A stretch of DNA of 64,000 nt from an uncultured Gammaproteobacteria bacterium (GTDB lineage: Bacteria > Actinomycetota > Acidimicrobiia > Acidimicrobiales > Aldehydirespiratoraceae): NCBI GenBank assembly GCA_964196195.1, contig CAXMSE010000027.1, forward strand, positions 20,775-84,774. Direction: 5' to 3'. Below are positions 1-8,872 of this stretch, in pieces. Under the pieces are notes generated by a model. It ran no database searches. It was not told the origin of the DNA and was given only the letters and a program-made list of their open reading frames with translations. Within the stretch, counting starts at the first letter, position 1. The number at the start of each line of letters is the position of its first letter. Both the position numbers and the translations under genes were made by a program.

Positions 1-764
1 TCGAACAGATCGAGGGCGGCTTCACTCGGCTCGTGATGATTTTCCATTCCAACACCCCCACTGAACTCGGCCCGATCCGATCGGGACGCACCACCGACAT
101 AGCCCTGCTCGGGTCTCTGAACCAGCCGGTCTTCGTCTGGTCCGGGGCCAATCGTGTGCACGCGTCCCTGCTGCGCCGCCAGAACATCGTCGACCTCGGC
201 GCCGGTACCCGCACCGAGTACACCCGGTCGCCTGATCGCCCCGGCACCTACGACCTCATGACCGACCCTTCGATCCTGTGGGGGATTGCCGAGGAGAACG
301 GCGACGGCGGCGCACCCCTGCCCCATTTCGAATACCGCGACGACACGATCGGGCTGCCCGGATCTGCCGTTGCCGCGGCCGGCGCGTCCATTGCTTACCC
401 CTCCCTCACATCGGACTGGTTCTGGGACACCGTCGCGGAAGGCTGGCGCCGCACCCAGAGCGGCTCCGAACATGTCGACGCCGATGGCGTTTCGGTGCTT
501 GCCGCCAACGTCGTGATTGCCGAGGTCGCCCATGTGCGCACCGGCAGCACCGATACCGCCGGTTCTGCGGTCTATGAAGAACAGTTCCTCGGCTCGGGCC
601 GCGGCTGGGTCCTCACCGATGGCCATCTTGTGGAGGTCACCTGGACCAAGCCGTCGATCAGCTCGGTGGCCACCTGGACCACCGCCGACGGTGTTCCCGT
701 CGCCCTCATGCCCGGCCAGACCTGGATCGAGTTGGCGCCCGAGGGTTCGGTGACCATCCGCTAG
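1..764 (+). CDS. DUF3048 (YerB-like) domain protein, 5' end cut by the window edge
   Basis: The frame is open from the window edge (first full codon at 3). The EGGFTRLVMIFHS..LGPIRSGRTTD block matches the DUF3048 core as I recall it. TAG stop at 762-764. Confidence 0.65.
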   Translation, partial: EQIEGGFTRLVMIFHSNTPTELGPIRSGRTTDIALLGSLNQPVFVWSGANRVHASLLRRQNIVDLGAGTRTEYTRSPDRPGTYDLMTDPSILWGIAEENGDGGAPLPHFEYRDDTIGLPGSAVAAAGASIAYPSLTSDWFWDTVAEGWRRTQSGSEHVDADGVSVLAANVVIAEVAHVRTGSTDTAGSAVYEEQFLGSGRGWVLTDGHLVEVTWTKPSISSVATWTTADGVPVALMPGQTWIELAPEGSVTIR

Positions 765-773
765 CTCACCTGG

Positions 774-1955
774 TCAGAGCTTCTGGAGAAGGGTTCCCGT
801 TCCGAGCCCACCGCCACAGCACATGGTGATGATGGCGTACTCCTTGTCGGCGCGGTGCAATTCGTGCACTGCCTTCGTGGTGAGGACGGCGCCGGTGCCA
901 CCGAGAGGGTGGCCGAGGGCGATCGCTCCGCCGTTTGGGTTGACGGTGCTCATGTCGGCGCCGAGTTCGCTTTCCCAGGCCAACACCACCGACGCGAATG
1001 CCTCGTTGATCTCCACGACATCGATATCGCTCATCTCGAGCCCGTTGTCGGCCAGCAGCTTCTGGGTGGCGCCGATCGGGCCGGTGAGCATCAGCACGGG
1101 GTCGGAGCCGACAAGACATACATCGACGATGCGGGCCATCGGGACCAGGCCGAGTTCGTCGGCTTTCTCGCGGGTCATCATCAACACCGCGCCGGCACCA
1201 TCGGAGATCTGGCTCGACGTGCCCGCAGTGTGAACGCCGTCTTCGCGGTCCACCGGCTTGAGCTGGGACAGGCCCTCGAGGGTGGTGTCGCGCATGCCCC
1301 CGTCGCGAGTGACCGTGAGAGTCTCGCCGGTCTCCTTGCCGTCGTCGTCGAGGATCGGAACGTGGATCGGCACGATCTGGGTGGCGAAGGCACCCTCATC
1401 CCAGGCCTTGGCCGCGAGCTCCTGACTTCTCAGGCCGAAGGCATCGGTCTGCTCGCGGCTGATGCCCCACTGCTCGGCGATCCGCTCGGCCCCCTCGAAC
1501 TGGGAGGTGAACTCGAAGTGTTCCCAATAGCGCTTGTTGACCGGACGGCCGTAATCGCGGTTGCTGGTGGTGGAACCCATGGGCACCCGGCTCATCAGCT
1601 CGACCCCGCACCCAACCGCGGAGTCGACCACGCCCGACTTCACCAGTGAGTAGGCGATGTTGGTGGCCTGCTGCGAGGAGCCACATTGGGCGTCGACGGT
1701 GGTGGCGGCCACCTCCAGAGGGAGGCCCGCAGCCAGCCATGCGTTACGAGCCACGTTCATCGTCTGCATGCCGACCTGGTCGACACATCCACCCACTACC
1801 TGGCCGACTTCGATCGGGTCCATGCCCGTGCGATCGAACAGGGCTTTCTGGACGTCGCCGAGCAGGTTGATCGCGTGGCCGGTGGCCAGTTCACCATTGC
1901 GGCGACCAACCGGGCTTCTCACCGCGTCGATAATGACAACTTCGCGTTCGCTCAT
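774..1955 (-). CDS. acetyl-CoA C-acetyltransferase (thiolase II family)
   Basis: 393 aa from the ATG at 1955 (MSEREVVIIDAVRSPVGRRNG...). Has the active-site region VDAQCGSSQQA and the C-terminal ITMCCGGGLGTG thiolase signature. The 668-aa track ORF is upstream read-through. Confidence 0.92.
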   Translation of the reverse strand: MSEREVVIIDAVRSPVGRRNGELATGHAINLLGDVQKALFDRTGMDPIEVGQVVGGCVDQVGMQTMNVARNAWLAAGLPLEVAATTVDAQCGSSQQATNIAYSLVKSGVVDSAVGCGVELMSRVPMGSTTSNRDYGRPVNKRYWEHFEFTSQFEGAERIAEQWGISREQTDAFGLRSQELAAKAWDEGAFATQIVPIHVPILDDDGKETGETLTVTRDGGMRDTTLEGLSQLKPVDREDGVHTAGTSSQISDGAGAVLMMTREKADELGLVPMARIVDVCLVGSDPVLMLTGPIGATQKLLADNGLEMSDIDVVEINEAFASVVLAWESELGADMSTVNPNGGAIALGHPLGGTGAVLTTKAVHELHRADKEYAIITMCCGGGLGTGTLLQKL

Positions 1956-1967
1956 AGCGGGCACTGT

Positions 1968-2447
1968 ATGTCGCCGACTACGTTTCGGCCTATGCATGAC
2001 ACGTACCTGATCATCCACATCCTCGCGGCCGGCACCTGGTTCGGCACGAACATGGTGCAGGTCGCCGTCAATCCCGGAATCAACAACAAGGCGCCCGTGA
2101 TCGCCGCGGAGTGGCATCGCACACTCGAGAGGTTCGCGATCCGGATCTACATGCCTGCGGCGATAGTGAGCCTGGTCACCGGCCTCCTTCTGGTGCTCGC
2201 GGTCGATGAAACCAGCTTCGAAATGTCTGATCTGTTCGTCTCGGTCGGATTTCTCATGATCATCGTCGGCGCGGCCATGGGGATGGGCTTCTTCATCAAG
2301 AAGAATCGGGCCGCTGCCGCCGCCTACGAGGCCGGCGATATCTCGCGGGCCGCCGACATCGAGAAGAAGATCGCATCCGCCGGCCTGCTCGACACCTTGT
2401 TGATCAGCCTCACAATTGTGGCGATGGTTTCCAAGTGGGGGGTCTGA
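1968..2447 (+). CDS. small integral membrane protein (about 4 TM helices), function unknown
   Basis: Hydrophobic segments IIHILAAGTWFG, AAIVSLVTGLLLVLAV, FVSVGFLMIIVGAAMGMGFF and LLDTLLISLTIVAMV. The start may instead be the ATG at 1992. Its stop lies 4 nt before the next gene. Confidence 0.5.
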   Translation: MSPTTFRPMHDTYLIIHILAAGTWFGTNMVQVAVNPGINNKAPVIAAEWHRTLERFAIRIYMPAAIVSLVTGLLLVLAVDETSFEMSDLFVSVGFLMIIVGAAMGMGFFIKKNRAAAAAYEAGDISRAADIEKKIASAGLLDTLLISLTIVAMVSKWGV

Positions 2448-2451
2448 ACCC

Positions 2452-4707
2452 ATGACCGAAGTCAACGCAGATCGCACGGTCTTTCGCACCTGTCCCCTCT
2501 GTGAGGCCACCTGCGGCCTCGAGATAGAGATCCACGACGGGGCGGTGAAGCGGATCCGAGGCGATCGCGACGATGTCTTCTCCCACGGCTTCATCTGTCC
2601 CAAGGGGTCCACCCTCAAGCAGCTCCACGACGATCCCGACCGTCTCCGCAAGCCGGTCGTGCGCCGCGGCTCGGGCGCTGATGGCACCGCGATCTTCGAG
2701 GAGGTGGAGTGGGACGAAGCATGGCGCGTCGTGGAGGAAAAGCTCTCCGCAGTTCGCGACCCCCACGGCAACGACGCCATCGGCGTTTACCTCGGCAATC
2801 CGAATGTGCACCTGCTCGGATCCTCCACCCACACGAGGCCTTTCCTTCGGTCGCTGGGGAGCCGCACGAGGTTCTCGGCCAGCACTGTCGATCAGATGCC
2901 GCGCCACGTGGCTTCGGGCTACCTCTACGGAAGCGGTATGTCGATGCCGGTGCCCGATGTCGATCGCACCGACCTCCTGGTGCTGATCGGCACCAACCCG
3001 TTCGTGTCCAATGGCAGCATCTGTACCGCTCCGGGTTTCCCCGATCGCATCGACGCGGTGAGAGAGCGTGGTGGACGGGTGGTGGTGATCGATCCCGCGC
3101 GCACCCGCACCGTCGAGTCGGCTGATCTTCACTTGCCGATCCGACCTGGCACCGACGCGGTCCTGCTCGCCGCGATCGCTCATCACCTCATCGCCACCGA
3201 TCGGGTGTCGCTTGGTCGGGTGGAGGCATTTGTCGATGGTCGCGACCAGCTGGCCGAGTCGCTCGAACCGTTCTCACCCGACTATGCCGCCGCCGTCACC
3301 GGAATCCCGGCTGCGGAGATCGTCGCTCTTGCCGAGGAGATCGCCGATGCCGAGTCGGCCGCCGTTCACGGTCGAATCGGCACCACCACGGTGGAGTTCG
3401 GTACCCTCACCACCTGGTTGATCGATGTCATCGCGATCCTCACCGGCAACCTCGACAGGCCGGGTGGCTCGATGTTCCCGATGTCGGCGATCGAGCGGGT
3501 TAGAACCGAACGGGCGGGCCGCGAATATCGGGTGGGGCGATGGGCCAGCCGGGTGAGTGGCCACCCCGAGGTGCAGGGCGAACTGCCCGCGGCCGACATC
3601 GCCGATGAGATCCTCGAACCGGGTGACGGCCAACTCAAGATGATGTTCACCATTGCCGGCAATCCGGTGTTGTCGTGTCCCGATGGCGACCGCATGGACG
3701 AGGCGTTCGCGGCCCTCGACGCGATGGTGAGCGTCGACATCTACATCAACGAGACAACCCGTCATGCCGATGTGATCCTGCCACCGGTGAGCGCTCTGGA
3801 GAAGAGCCACTACGACATCGCGTTCTACGGATTGTCAGTGCGTAATGTGGCGAATTGGTCGGGGCCGGTATTCGGCGCCGATGGTCCGGCGGAGGACGAC
3901 ATCCTCGCCAAGCTCGCCCTCATCTCGCTCGGCTTGGGGCCCGATGCCGATGTCGAGCTGGCTCATGGTCAGGTCATACGGGAGTTGCTCACCTCTGAGG
4001 TCGGCGCCGACGGGTCGCCGGTGGCCGGGCGCGACATCGACGAGCTGGTCGCGATGGTCGGTGGTGATGCCGGGTGTGATCGTGTGCTCGACGTTCTCAT
4101 TCGCACCGGTCCCTATGGCGATGGGTTCGGCGCCGACCCCGAGGGGCTCTCGGTGGACAAGTTGAAGGCTCACCCCCATGGCATCGATCTCGGTGCCCTG
4201 CAGCCCCGCCTGCCCGAGTTGCTCAGGAGCCCCAACGGCCGGATCGACCTGTTCGCGGGTCCGTTCGACGAGGAACTCCAACGCCTTGGTGCGGTGATGA
4301 CCGAGCAGGCCGGTGATGGCCGTCTCCGGCTCGTGGGCCGGCGGCATCTGCGCTCCAACAACTCGTGGATGCACAATGTGGAGGTGCTCGTGAAGGGCAA
4401 GCGACGTTGCACCCTCCAGGTTCATCCCGATGATGCGACGCGCCTCGATCTGGTCGATGGGGCCGAGGCAGTGGTGCGGTCGCGCGTGGGCGAGGTGATT
4501 GCACCGGTGGAGGTCACCGACGTGATCATGTCGGGAGTGGTGAGTCTTCCCCACGGGTGGGGCCACGACCTGCCAGGGGTCCGCCTCGATGTCGCGCGCA
4601 GACACGCCGGCGTAAACAGCAACGTCCTCACCGACCCGGCCGCGATCGACCCCCTTTCGGGCACCGCCGTGCTCAATGGGATCCCCGTCGAGGTCGCTCC
4701 CGCCTGA
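2452..4707 (+). CDS. molybdopterin (bis-MGD) dependent oxidoreductase, FdhF/BisC-like superfamily
   Basis: N-terminal 4Fe-4S Cys motif CPLCEATCGL..ICPKG. Size and layout fit a molybdopterin oxidoreductase with a C-terminal MopB_CT-like barrel. No in-frame stop. Confidence 0.85.
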   Translation: MTEVNADRTVFRTCPLCEATCGLEIEIHDGAVKRIRGDRDDVFSHGFICPKGSTLKQLHDDPDRLRKPVVRRGSGADGTAIFEEVEWDEAWRVVEEKLSAVRDPHGNDAIGVYLGNPNVHLLGSSTHTRPFLRSLGSRTRFSASTVDQMPRHVASGYLYGSGMSMPVPDVDRTDLLVLIGTNPFVSNGSICTAPGFPDRIDAVRERGGRVVVIDPARTRTVESADLHLPIRPGTDAVLLAAIAHHLIATDRVSLGRVEAFVDGRDQLAESLEPFSPDYAAAVTGIPAAEIVALAEEIADAESAAVHGRIGTTTVEFGTLTTWLIDVIAILTGNLDRPGGSMFPMSAIERVRTERAGREYRVGRWASRVSGHPEVQGELPAADIADEILEPGDGQLKMMFTIAGNPVLSCPDGDRMDEAFAALDAMVSVDIYINETTRHADVILPPVSALEKSHYDIAFYGLSVRNVANWSGPVFGADGPAEDDILAKLALISLGLGPDADVELAHGQVIRELLTSEVGADGSPVAGRDIDELVAMVGGDAGCDRVLDVLIRTGPYGDGFGADPEGLSVDKLKAHPHGIDLGALQPRLPELLRSPNGRIDLFAGPFDEELQRLGAVMTEQAGDGRLRLVGRRHLRSNNSWMHNVEVLVKGKRRCTLQVHPDDATRLDLVDGAEAVVRSRVGEVIAPVEVTDVIMSGVVSLPHGWGHDLPGVRLDVARRHAGVNSNVLTDPAAIDPLSGTAVLNGIPVEVAPA

Positions 4708-4710
4708 CCG

Positions 4711-5268
4711 GTGGACCGTCCCCCCGAGACCCTGGTGTCGGCAGAGCTCGCGCTGGTCAGAGTTCGCCGGGCCCACGCCCGAGGGCTTGCCCACGCCGTC
4801 CAACGGAGCCTGCCAGAACTGTTGCTATTCATGGACTGGGCCGCCGATGCACCAGTCGACGGTGTCGGGTACGAAGTCAATCTGGTCGAAGCGGAGGCGA
4901 ACTGGGACGCCGACCGGGCCTACGACTATGTGATGCTCGAACCGACATCGGGCGAGGTGATTGGTCGTTGCGGGCTGATGCGGCGCCAGGGGCCGGGCGT
5001 GATCGAGATCGGCTACTGGGTGCGGTCCGACCGTGCCGGCGCCGGACTAGCCACCGATGCGGCTCGACTCCTCACCGAAGCCGGGCAGGAGCTCGGCGAT
5101 GTGGGCACCACCGTGATCCACCACGATGAGGCCAATCGGGCCAGCGGGCGGGTGGCCGAGAAGCTCGGCTACTCGATTTCTGAGCGCCGCAGCGTCGAGA
5201 TCGATCTACCCGGCGAGACGGGGATCGAGGTGATTTGGGCCCTCACGAGTGGTGAAGCGAGCGCCTGA
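4711..5268 (+). CDS. GNAT family N-acetyltransferase (RimJ/RimL-like)
   Basis: GTG start 3 nt after the upstream stop. IGRCGL..IEIGYWV..AGAGLATDAA..ANRASGRVAEKLGY resembles the acetyl-CoA binding core. Confidence 0.7.
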   Translation: MDRPPETLVSAELALVRVRRAHARGLAHAVQRSLPELLLFMDWAADAPVDGVGYEVNLVEAEANWDADRAYDYVMLEPTSGEVIGRCGLMRRQGPGVIEIGYWVRSDRAGAGLATDAARLLTEAGQELGDVGTTVIHHDEANRASGRVAEKLGYSISERRSVEIDLPGETGIEVIWALTSGEASA

Positions 5269-6151
5269 CCTCGCCGCAGAGTTCGAGGGTCTCCAGAGCA
5301 TCGGCCTGATCGATGGTCATGCAGCGAACGATCAGTTCGTCGACCTCTGCTTCTCGAAATGGAGCGAGCTGTTCGATCACTTCCTGGATGCCGCCGTAGG
5401 CAACCGACTCCTTGCCCAAACCCCGATATCCGCGATCGATGAGATCGTCGCCGAGGCGACGGGCGCGGTTGGCGTCGGCCAACACGATGACGTCCTTGCG
5501 CATGCATATCCTGCCCTCCCGACCCTCAGCATCACAGGCTTCGCGATAGTTGGAGGTCATCTCCAGCATCTGGGCCGGAGTAGCCCACGGGCCCGCGTAC
5601 CAAGCATCGCCCTCACGAGCCGCGCGTCGCAGCGGGCCGGGGCCACCAGCGCCGATCCACCACTCGACGGGTTGGGGCGGGCGGGGGCTCACCGCGGCAT
5701 CGGTGAGGCCGAACCGCTCGCTCGACATGGTCTCGCCTGCGAGGAGTCCCTTGATCAGGCGTATCGATTCGTCGAGATCGGACCCGCGGGTGGAGAGCGA
5801 CGATCCCATTGCCGCGAACTGGCCGGCCCCGTCCCCGATGCCGGTCTGCACCACGAACGGCCCGTCGCAGAGGTTGGCGAGGGTGCCCACCTGTTCGGCG
5901 ACCAGTACGGGATTCCACAGGGGCAGGAGAAACAGGCATCCGATGGGTCGATCCGTGGTCCATTCGGCCATCAGCCGGCCGAGCATCGAGACACCCTGGT
6001 AGTAGGGGACCGGCATCGAGTGGTGATCGCCCAGACTCAGCGAATCGAGATCGGAGTTGAGTGCGACCCTGGTGCGCTCGATCATCCAGCGCGCGCCGAC
6101 TCGGTGGTCGTCGGTGAAATGAGTGGACGAGATCGAAACCCCAACTCGCAT
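5243..6151 (-). CDS. LLM-class (luciferase-like) flavin/F420-dependent oxidoreductase
   Basis: MRVGVSIS..LDSLSLGDHH..LGRLMAEWTT..PLWNPVLVAEQVGTLANL is typical LLM family sequence. Its end converges on and overlaps the GNAT gene by 26 nt. Confidence 0.85.
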   Translation of the reverse strand: MRVGVSISSTHFTDDHRVGARWMIERTRVALNSDLDSLSLGDHHSMPVPYYQGVSMLGRLMAEWTTDRPIGCLFLLPLWNPVLVAEQVGTLANLCDGPFVVQTGIGDGAGQFAAMGSSLSTRGSDLDESIRLIKGLLAGETMSSERFGLTDAAVSPRPPQPVEWWIGAGGPGPLRRAAREGDAWYAGPWATPAQMLEMTSNYREACDAEGREGRICMRKDVIVLADANRARRLGDDLIDRGYRGLGKESVAYGGIQEVIEQLAPFREAEVDELIVRCMTIDQADALETLELCGEVRRSLHHS

Positions 6152-6180
6152 CGCATGATCCTAGACGCCAGGCTGTCGAT

Positions 6181-6556
6181 ATGACGGAGCACGGAACCGA
6201 TCTCACAGGCGACTTCGCGCATCGGGGTGGTGCCGCCCTCGTGGTGGGTGGGACCGGGCGGCTGGAGCGGCGATATGTCGCGAGCTTGCGGTGCGGGGTT
6301 CTGATGTTGCGCTTACGTACCGCACCAATAGGGCCACGGCGGAGTCGTTGGCTGCAGACATCAGCGAGTGGGGGAGAAGAGCCTGGACGATGGGGCTCGA
6401 GCTCGAGGACCAGGCTGGCAGCGTTGCGTCGGTCGAGGCAGCATCGTGGCAATCCGCGATGGCAACGGGGCGGGGATCGCGGTCGAGGCCGTTTGTTTCT
6501 TGGCATCGCGGCGAGCCGGATCCATCACCGGCCAACATCTCCGCATCGAGGATGGG
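6181..6556 (+). pseudogene. short-chain dehydrogenase/reductase remnant (frameshifted, central ~130 codons missing)
   Basis: The N-terminal Rossmann motif ALVVGGTGRL is in frame 1. The sequence continues as AAICRELAVRGSDVALTYRTNRATAESLAADI only after a 1-nt shift near 6262. The SDR C-terminus AVEAVCFLASRRAGSITGQHLRIEDG follows directly in a third frame. The catalytic YxxxK region is absent. Confidence 0.6.
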
Positions 6557-6595
6557 CCTGTGGCACCGGCATCGGATCGGGTCGACGTTGCCGGA

Positions 6596-6796
6596 GTCAC
6601 GCCAGTTGTGGCGTTCCTCTGCGTTCACAACGCGGGACGGTCCCAGATGGCGGCTGGGTTCCTCCGCCATCTCGCGCCAGGCCGTGTCGACGATCCCGCC
6701 GGCCAGGGCATCGAAGCGGTGAGGCCGATCAGAGATGAGATCGCCGCAAAGGTGCTCGATCTGATGAGTCGGTTGGGAGTCGAGCCGAAGGGTTGA
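6596..6796 (+). pseudogene. arsenate reductase / LMW-PTP family (ArsC) remnant with an in-frame internal deletion
   Basis: The N-terminal P-loop VAFLCVHNAGRSQMAAGFL joins after ~30 aa directly to the C-terminal DPAGQGIEAVRPIRDEIAAKV. About 66 codons remain where ~135 are expected. It is in the same frame as the SDR tail, with no stop between them. Confidence 0.6.
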
Positions 6797-6830
6797 ACTA
6801 CCCTCCCGTGGTCTCACCACTGGAGGTCTC

Positions 6831-8381
6831 GTGTATCCCGGAGTTCACGCCGCATCATCTCCCGATCACCCCGCCGTGGTCATGGCGACGTCGGGGAGGG
6901 TCATCACCTATGCGGAGATGGATGACGAGGCCAACCGGTTGAGCAATGTGTTCCACGACATGGGCCTGCGGCCGGGCGACCACATTGCCTTCTGTCTCGA
7001 AAACCATCCCAGCTACCTGTCGATCTGCTGGGGCGCGGTGTACGCGGGACTGATCTACACCGCGATGAGCAGCCGGCTCACCACCGAGGAGATGGCCTAT
7101 GTCATCGACAACTGCGGAGCCAAGGCGTTCATCACCTCGCCCCACAAGGCCGACCAGGCGGCGGAGCTGGGCGACCAGATGCCGGAGGTCGACCTGAGGC
7201 TGATGGTCGACTCGACGATCGACGGCTACGACTCCTACGAAGACGCCATCGCTACGGCGTCGGCCGAGGCGATCCCCAACCGGGTCGCGGGCACCGACAT
7301 GCTCTACAGCTCAGGCACCACGGGTCGCCCCAAGGGTGTGCTCCAGCAGATGGAATTCACACCTCTGGAAGAGTCGCGCACGGGTGTGACCAACCTCGTG
7401 GCTCTCTTGTTTGACGGCGACTCCGATACCCGTTACCTTTCGCCGGCTCCGCTCTACCATGCCGCTCCGCTGAGGTTCTGCCTGGCAGTCAACGCGCTCG
7501 GTGGCACTGTGGTGGTGATGGAGCACTTCGACCCTGAGCAGTTCATAGGGCTGGTCGGTGAGTACAAGATCAGCTTTGCCCAGTGCGTTCCGATGATGTT
7601 CGTCCGGATGCTCAAGCTTCCCGAGGCGACCAGGGCGCGGTACGACATCTCCTCGTTGAACGCTGTGGTTCATGCGGCGGCGCCGTGTCCGGTTGATGTG
7701 AAGCTGAAACTGATCGAGTGGTGGGGGCCGGTGGTTCACGAGTACTACGCCGGCACCGAAAGCAACGGGTTCGTCTACTGCGACAGCGAGCAATGGCTCG
7801 CCCATCCGGGCACGGTGGGAACGGCGCTCGTAGGCGTGATCCACATTGTCGACGATGACGGCAACGAGGTGTCGGTGGGGGATGAGGGCGGCGTCTATTT
7901 CGAAGGTGGCGGTACTTTCGAGTATCACGGCGATGCTGAGAAGACTGCCGGATCACGGCTCGCCAATGGCTGGTCGACTCTGGGTGATGTAGGCCGTCTC
8001 GATGAGGATGGATTCCTTTACCTCACCGATCGCAAGGCCTACATGATCATCACGGGTGGGGTGAACGTTTACCCCCAGGAGACCGAGGACATTCTCACCA
8101 TGCATCCCGAAGTGGTCGACGTCGCCATCATCGGCGTGCCCAACGAGGACTTTGGTGAGGAGGTCAGGGCAGTGGTGCAGGCGGTGACGATGCCGGTCGA
8201 CGATGAGAGCGCTCGCCTGCTCGGCCACCAGCTGATCGCCTACTGCCGCGAGCATCTCGCCGATGTGAAGTGCCCTCGAACGGTTGATTTTCGTGAGGAA
8301 CTCCCCCGTCACCCGACCGGGAAGCTCTACAAGCGCCTGCTTCGCGACGAGTACTGGGCCGGCACCAACCGCAGCATCTGA
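6831..8381 (+). CDS. long-chain/medium-chain acyl-CoA synthetase (AMP-dependent ligase, FadD-like)
   Basis: AMP-binding motif MLYSSGTTGRPKGV, plus YYAGTE, GDVGRLDEDGFLYLTDRK and a C-terminal PTGKLYKR. GGAGG lies 5 nt upstream of the GTG start. Confidence 0.92.
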   Translation: MYPGVHAASSPDHPAVVMATSGRVITYAEMDDEANRLSNVFHDMGLRPGDHIAFCLENHPSYLSICWGAVYAGLIYTAMSSRLTTEEMAYVIDNCGAKAFITSPHKADQAAELGDQMPEVDLRLMVDSTIDGYDSYEDAIATASAEAIPNRVAGTDMLYSSGTTGRPKGVLQQMEFTPLEESRTGVTNLVALLFDGDSDTRYLSPAPLYHAAPLRFCLAVNALGGTVVVMEHFDPEQFIGLVGEYKISFAQCVPMMFVRMLKLPEATRARYDISSLNAVVHAAAPCPVDVKLKLIEWWGPVVHEYYAGTESNGFVYCDSEQWLAHPGTVGTALVGVIHIVDDDGNEVSVGDEGGVYFEGGGTFEYHGDAEKTAGSRLANGWSTLGDVGRLDEDGFLYLTDRKAYMIITGGVNVYPQETEDILTMHPEVVDVAIIGVPNEDFGEEVRAVVQAVTMPVDDESARLLGHQLIAYCREHLADVKCPRTVDFREELPRHPTGKLYKRLLRDEYWAGTNRSI

Positions 8382-8570
8382 TCACATGGACCGTCCGGCC
8401 CACGGGCACGGGTCTTGCGAACCAATGACCTTCGTCATTTCGGGGTGGGCTGTGCGGACGAAGGCACTCAAAAACTCGGCGTCGGGGGTCGATTGTGGTC
8501 GTGGACGAACCCGTGGAGACCGCTGCTATGAGCACCCATACCCAGCCCCCGTATCGTCGAGCGCGCTCAG

Positions 8571-8762
8571 GTGCCGCCGGCCCGCGCGGTGAAGTCGGTC
8601 CCGTCGGCCATCGCTGCCCTCCCCGAAACGGCCTTGGCCTTCACCGGGTTGCGCTATGGGCTCACCTGGTGGGTGGGCGGGGCGATCATGCTGTTGGGCC
8701 TCGGCTTCGGGATGCTGGTGTTCAGCGCTCGCCACCGGCGTGAGGATGAGGTCGCCGCCTGA
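8571..8762 (+). CDS. possible small membrane protein (63 aa)
   Basis: The only coding-like ORF in the 8382-8785 gap. It has one hydrophobic helix (WWVGGAIMLLGLGFGMLVF) followed by a basic tail RHRRED. No clear RBS. Confidence 0.25.
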   Translation: MPPARAVKSVPSAIAALPETALAFTGLRYGLTWWVGGAIMLLGLGFGMLVFSARHRREDEVAA

Positions 8763-8872
8763 GGCGCTCGGAGCCCGGGTCGGCGGTGATGTCCGTGCCG
8801 TTCACCGCTGGCGGCTCGGGTCTGAACCCGGGCCGTAGTCCGTCAAACGGTGGGGCAATAGGGTTGGGCACG

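Noticed and set aside
8429-8464. Hairpin CCTTCGTC-N20-GACGAAGG downstream of the acyl-CoA synthetase gene, as a possible terminator.
   Set aside because: The loop is large (20 nt) and the stem is followed by an A-run rather than a T-run on the relevant strand. The evidence is too weak to call.
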